NCBI GenBank assembly: GCA_963744995.1
Contig: CAVUWA010000011.1
Coordinates: 64,001-128,000, forward strand
Length of the DNA: 64,000 bases
Direction: 5' to 3'
From: Candidatus Eiseniibacteriota bacterium
GTDB lineage: Bacteria; Eisenbacteria; RBG-16-71-46
How positions within the stretch are numbered: the first letter of the stretch is position 1; every line of letters starts with the position of its first letter. Of the stretch, positions 60,026-64,000 are shown one piece after another. Both the position numbers and the translations under genes were made by a program. The notes below the pieces were generated by a model. The model searched no databases. It was given only the letters and a program-made list of their open reading frames with translations, and was not told where the DNA came from.

Positions 60026-60526
60026 AGCCTTCTCGCGATTCAATCTCTCGCTCCTCTTCATCCGTTTCCAGCCTTGTCGCTCCGGATGAAGTGCCAGTCT
60101 TGCCGAAGACCCCTTGTATCCCGCGTTGTCTCCAATGAAGCGACTCTCGACCGTGAACCCTTCACTCACGTACAGATGGATGGCGCGATCGTTGTTTCCG
60201 CAAGCCAATGTCCAAGCATCCTCGCCCAGACGTTCGAGACAGTGGCGCAGGAGCGCCCGACCGATTCCGCCGCCGTAGAACGCCGGATCGACGTACAACC
60301 AGGCGAAATACGGTTCGTCGATCCCGGCAAACCCAACGACGTCCTCACCGTGTTGGGCGACGAACATCTCGCAGGCGGCTATGTACTTGCCCTCAGGATC
60401 CAACGCGAGCGGAATGAAAGCTCGCGCGTCGAACGACCCCCGTAGCTCATCGGGCCGAGACAGGTCGTGCACCCGGCAGATTGCCGACCAGTCAGCCGGT
60501 CTATAGTCCCGAATCTCGAAGTCCAT
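60020..60526 (-). CDS. GNAT acetyltransferase (cassette)
   Basis: LYVDP...G.GIG..L and N..A..LY...GF motifs; GGAGG RBS; stop codon lies in R''. Confidence 0.9.
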   Translation of the reverse strand: MDFEIRDYRPADWSAICRVHDLSRPDELRGSFDARAFIPLALDPEGKYIAACEMFVAQHGEDVVGFAGIDEPYFAWLYVDPAFYGGGIGRALLRHCLERLGEDAWTLACGNNDRAIHLYVSEGFTVESRFIGDNAGYKGSSARLALHPERQGWKRMKRSERLNREKAG

Positions 60527-60556
60527 TGCTGCCCTCCAGGCCACGCATCACCGTCT

Positions 60557-60615
60557 GGCTAACGCGTTGCGCTTCAGCCGCGGGCGGCTCCGTCGGCTGC
60601 AAGCGCTAGCTGGGC
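60557..60615 (-). repeat. attC (59 bp; R'' variant GCCCAGC)
   Basis: Minus strand GCCCAGC-TAGCG-CTTGCAGC-CG...CGGCTGAAG-CGCAACGC-GTTAGCC. Confidence 0.8.
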
Positions 60616-61119
60616 GTCCCCCGGTGGAGCCCACGTCGGCGGTCGAAACGCGCCGCCGGCCTGCGGGCTGTCGACAGCGGACAGCACCTCATCGAGCCAG
60701 CGAGGCGCCGTTCCAGCGGACACTTCGCTGCGGGAGAAGTACCGCGCGTCCGTGGTCTCTTCTGTCTCCGTCCGCAGGCTGCCACCAATGCGCTCCGCCT
60801 CAAACACAATCATCGCGTACGAGGTCTTGTCCCCGTTCGCGTACTCAACAACGAACTCCTCACCGCCGAAGACCCCAACCAGCCGTTTCAGACGGACGTG
60901 CAGTCCCGTCTCTTCCCACATCTCGCGCACCGCGGCATCTGAGGGACTCTCCAGTGGTTCGACCGCTCCGCCGGGCGTGCTCCAAGCCCCGCCATCAGCC
61001 TGCCGTACGAGAAGGACCCGCCCATCGGCGTCCCTCAGGATCACCGACACTGAGGGAATCTCCAGAAGCTGGCTCCCGACCTTAGATCGCAGGTCCGCTA
61101 GATACTGGGAGATCCCCAC
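60574..61119 (-). CDS. NUDIX hydrolase (first cassette)
   Basis: Nudix box GGAVEPLESPSDAAVREMWEETG; AGGAG RBS. Confidence 0.92.
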   Translation of the reverse strand: MGISQYLADLRSKVGSQLLEIPSVSVILRDADGRVLLVRQADGGAWSTPGGAVEPLESPSDAAVREMWEETGLHVRLKRLVGVFGGEEFVVEYANGDKTSYAMIVFEAERIGGSLRTETEETTDARYFSRSEVSAGTAPRWLDEVLSAVDSPQAGGAFRPPTWAPPGDAQLALAADGAARG

Positions 61120-61153
61120 TGGCGACTGTCTCCTCCTTTGAGGCGCGGTTGAC

Positions 61154-61250
61154 GCCTAACTCCAATTCGACAGTTCTACCCTACCGGCTACGCAGTTGCA
61201 CCTATCCCGCCGACCACCCCGTGTGGCCGTGCACTCAACCACCTATCCCC
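61154..61250 (-). promoter_or_regulatory. Putative attI
   Basis: GTTAGGC core (61160-61154) between the intI 3' end and the first cassette, with no attC palindrome. GGGATAGGT direct repeats at 61200-61208 and 61241-61249. Confidence 0.6.
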
Positions 61251-61324
61251 AACCGATTTCCGACATTCTGCCCGCGCTCTGGAGCCACGATAGGCGGCGC
61301 CCCCCCCTGCGACCACGTGCGCCT

Positions 61325-62402
61325 TCACAGCCTATCCGCCGGGCTCACCACGCCCAGGCCGCCCCGATTCAGCACGTGCGTATAGATCATCGTCGTGCTC
61401 ACGTCGCGATGGCCGAGGAGTTGCTGCACGGCGCGGATGTCGTAGCCGCTCTCGATCAGGTGCGTGGCGAACGAGTGCCGGAACGTGTGGCAGGTTACCC
61501 GCTTGCTCACCTGCGCCACGATCCCGGCCTGGCGCACCGCCCGTTGCACGACGGTCTCGTGCAGGTTGTGGCGGCGCCACTCGCCGGAGTCACGGTCCGT
61601 GTAGATCCGCGTTGCCGGAAACACCCCCTGCCACAGCCACTCCCGGCCGGCATTGGGGTACTTGCGCGCCAGGGCGCCGGGCAGTTCGACCCGGCCCGCC
61701 CCGCGGCGCAGGTCCAGCTCGTGCCGGTCGAGAACGCGCTCGAGGTGGCGCGCCAGCTCCTGCTGAACGCTCACGGGCAACATCGTGCGCCGCTCGCGGC
61801 CGCCCTTGCCTTCGCGACCGATGATCTCGCCGCCCGCGAAGTCGACGTCCTTGATCCGCAGGCGCAGCCCCTCCAGCAGCCGGAGCCCCGCCCCGTAGAG
61901 CAGCTTCGTCACCAGGGCGGCGGTCCCCTCGACCCGGCTCAGCACGGCGCGCACTTCCTCTCGTGTGAGCACGACGGGAAGCCTCGTCGAGCGTTTCGCG
62001 CGCACGATCCCGTGGAGCCACGGGAGTTCGACTTCGAGCACGCGGTCGTAGAGGAACAGCAGCGCCGAGAGCGCCTGGTTCTGCGTGGCGACACTCACCC
62101 GACGCTCGACGGCCAGCCAGGTCAGGAAAGCCGTGACGTGGGGAGCGCCCATTTCGGCGGGGTGGCGCTTGCCGTGGAAGAGGATGAAGCGCCGGATCCA
62201 GCCGACGTACGCTTCCTCGGTGCGGCGGCTGTAGCGGGCGGCGCGGATCGCGCTCCGCACGCGATCCAGCAGCCGCGGGCCAGGCCGGGCGCCTGCGGGG
62301 ATCTCTGGCGTGTGCGCCTGCCCCCTCCCGAACCACCCGGGGCCACCCGACCGGCAACGCCCTCGCTCCACCGCGATCCCGCACGAACGGCACAACGGCC
62401 AC
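61325..62402 (-). CDS. intI: Integron integrase (tyrosine recombinase); probable +1 frameshift near the 5' end
   Basis: [30 protein letters not shown] and the integron-specific ALARKYPNA insert. The SD-led start at 62402 is out of frame with the body, which is open from 62395. Confidence 0.92.
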
Positions 62403-62433
62403 GGCCTGCATCCTCCTTCCCGGGGATGCGGGG

Positions 62434-62462
62434 ACGCTAGGTCTCTCGTTCAGGCCCGTCAA
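62434..62462 (-). promoter_or_regulatory. Pint promoter TTGACG-N17-TAGCGT
   Basis: Consensus spacing; conserved in the duplicate at 57178-57206. Confidence 0.7.
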
Positions 62463-62593
62463 CCCGCGGCTCGCAGTTGGCCTCGCCTGAATCCTCCGGC
62501 TAGTCTCCCCGGATTCACGGGCGCCTCGCGATCGGGCGTCCGCGGGCATTCATGCCGGCGCCCCTGCGCCGCGCCACCGACCGAGGCTTTGCT

Positions 62594-63031
62594 TTGACCA
62601 TCGAAGGCTTCCACGTCGTCCATGAGTTCATGCCCCGCTTCCGCGACACCGACGCGATGGGGCACATCAACAACGCCGTCTACATCACCTACCTGGAGGT
62701 CGCGCGGCAGGAGTACTGGCGCGCGCTCGATGGCACGCAGGACTATCGCCGCGTGCCGTTCATCCTCGCGCACGTCACGGTGGATTTCCGCTCGGAGGCG
62801 CTGGTCAACGAGACGCTGCTCGTCGGCTGCCGCTGCGTGCGGATCGGCGGCAAGTCGTTCGACTTCGAATACGAGATCCGCGAAAAGCAGAGCGGCCGGC
62901 TGATCGTCGAGGGGCGCACGGTGCAGGTGTGCTACGACTACGGCCGCAAGGCGACGATCCCGGTGCCCGAGGATCTGCGCCGGGCGATCACGGGCCTGGA
63001 AGGCCGTCCTCTTTCGGAGGTGAAGCGATGA
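62594..63031 (+). CDS. 4HBT/YbgC-family acyl-CoA thioesterase
   Basis: RFRDTDAMGHINNAVY..Y.E.AR motif. TTG start is conserved in the duplicate. Confidence 0.9.
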   Translation: MTIEGFHVVHEFMPRFRDTDAMGHINNAVYITYLEVARQEYWRALDGTQDYRRVPFILAHVTVDFRSEALVNETLLVGCRCVRIGGKSFDFEYEIREKQSGRLIVEGRTVQVCYDYGRKATIPVPEDLRRAITGLEGRPLSEVKR

Positions 63032-63360
63032 GCGATCCGGCGAAGCCCGCGCGGCGTTCGACGCCCGCGTCGCGGCGCGCTTTCCTGAAGACCCTCGCCG
63101 CCGGCTCGGCCGCGGCGCTCACGGCCCCCGCGTTCGCGCTCGCCGCGGAGGAGAAGATGCCGAAGAAGAAAGCCGGCGTGAAACCCGATGCGAAGGCCGC
63201 GCCGGCACGCCCCGCCGACATCGAGAAGGCCGTCGCCGAGCAGAAGGAATACACGAAGAAGACGGTCGCGACGCTGCGCGCGTACGAGCTCGAGACCAAC
63301 GCCGAGCAGGCGTTCGTGTTCGCGCCGATGAAGCCCGGAAAATCCGGGGGCGCGCGATGA
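63028..63360 (+). CDS. Small Tat-signal protein, possible amidase partner subunit
   Basis: SRRAFLK twin-arginine motif; GGAGG RBS; ATGA overlaps at both ends. Confidence 0.75.
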   Translation: MSDPAKPARRSTPASRRAFLKTLAAGSAAALTAPAFALAAEEKMPKKKAGVKPDAKAAPARPADIEKAVAEQKEYTKKTVATLRAYELETNAEQAFVFAPMKPGKSGGAR

Positions 63361-64000
63361 GGACGATCGAGAAGGAAGACCTGCTGCGGCCGGTGTCCGA
63401 GCTGGGTCCGCTGCTCAAGCGCCGCCAGATCTCGGCAGTGGATCTCACCGAGGCCTACCTCGATCGGCTGCAGCGCCTGGGCCCGACCTACAACGCGCTC
63501 GCCACGCCCACGGTGGAGCTCGCGCGCCGGCAGGCGCGCGAAGCCGACAACGAAATCCGCCACGGGCGCTGGCGCGGCCCGCTGCACGGGATCCCGTGGG
63601 GCGCGAAGGACCTGCTCGCGACGCAGGGCATCCCCACGACCTGGGGCGCGGCGCCGTGCCGCGATCAGGTGTTCGATTACGACGCGACGGTGGTCACTCG
63701 CCTGCGCGAGGCCGGCGCGGTGCTGATCGGCAAGCTCGCGATGGTCGAATTCGCGGGCGGCCTCGGCTACCGCTGGCCGAAGGCGTCGCTGCAGGGGCCG
63801 GGCCTGAACCCGTGGGATACGTCGCGCTGGACCGGCGGCTCGTCGTCGGGCTCGGGCGCCTCGGTCGCGGCGGGGCTCGTGGGTTTCGCGATCGGCACCG
63901 AGACGTGGGGCTCGATCCTCTGCCCCTCGGCGTTCTGCGGAGTCACCGGGCTGCGTCCCACCTACGGGCGCGTGAGCCGCCACGGCGGCATGGTGTGCGC
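63357..64000 (+). CDS. Amidase-signature family enzyme (3' partial)
   Basis: Translated manually: GPLHGIPWGAKDL, GGSSSGS and GTETWGSILCPS motifs. Confidence 0.9.
   Translation, partial: MRTIEKEDLLRPVSELGPLLKRRQISAVDLTEAYLDRLQRLGPTYNALATPTVELARRQAREADNEIRHGRWRGPLHGIPWGAKDLLATQGIPTTWGAAPCRDQVFDYDATVVTRLREAGAVLIGKLAMVEFAGGLGYRWPKASLQGPGLNPWDTSRWTGGSSSGSGASVAAGLVGFAIGTETWGSILCPSAFCGVTGLRPTYGRVSRHGGMVC

Larger units (their letters stand above)
55701..61160 (-). mobile_element. Integron cassette array, partly degenerate and interrupted by duplicated flank fragments
   Basis: Short co-oriented ORFs of visibly lower GC, separated by attC-like RYYYAAC/GTTRRRY palindromes, next to intI. Confidence 0.85.

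Noticed and set aside
62403..62520. LexA box in the intI promoter
   Set aside because: I found no CTGT-N8-ACAG, GAAC-N4-GTTC or GTTC-N7-GTTC. A lineage-specific box cannot be excluded.
63357..64000. Assignment as gatA/gatC
   Set aside because: The motif is GTETWGS rather than GSDTGGS, and the partner carries a Tat signal, so this is a general amidase.

Overview
High-GC bacterial chromosomal segment with about 50 protein genes. I saw no rRNA, tRNA or CRISPR array. Proteins with FlgD/T9SS-like C-terminal domains and a PorV-like barrel suggest an FCB-related lineage such as Ca. Eisenbacteria (inference only). From left to right: (1) a ferredoxin-flavoreductase, 20-heme and 16-heme cytochromes and an outer-membrane beta-barrel, forming a candidate porin-cytochrome conduit; (2) a CarH-like MerR/B12 regulator divergent from a CPD photolyase, with CarH-type 11-bp operator repeats between them; (3) a Cys-rich GAF-HTH regulator lacking its AAA+ domain, with three copies of an operator; (4) a PorV-transglutaminase/TPR/TPR/CHASE2-PP2C operon; (5) arginase, GT-C glycosyltransferases, a P1B-4 ATPase, a beta-propeller di-heme cytochrome, a 1472-aa secreted protein, tldD/pmbA, chrA, a sigma54 two-component system, GT2/WecA and otsB; (6) an integron at about 55.5-62.5 kb between an Eis-like acetyltransferase and a thioesterase. 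The integron's cassettes lie downstream of and co-oriented with intI, and most attC sites are decayed. Diverged fragments of both flanking genes plus a second intI promoter sit inside the array, suggesting that two alleles of the same integron locus are stacked in tandem. Many genes look leaderless. Several single-base frameshifts could be real or assembly errors. All calls come from reading motifs by eye; no database searches were run.
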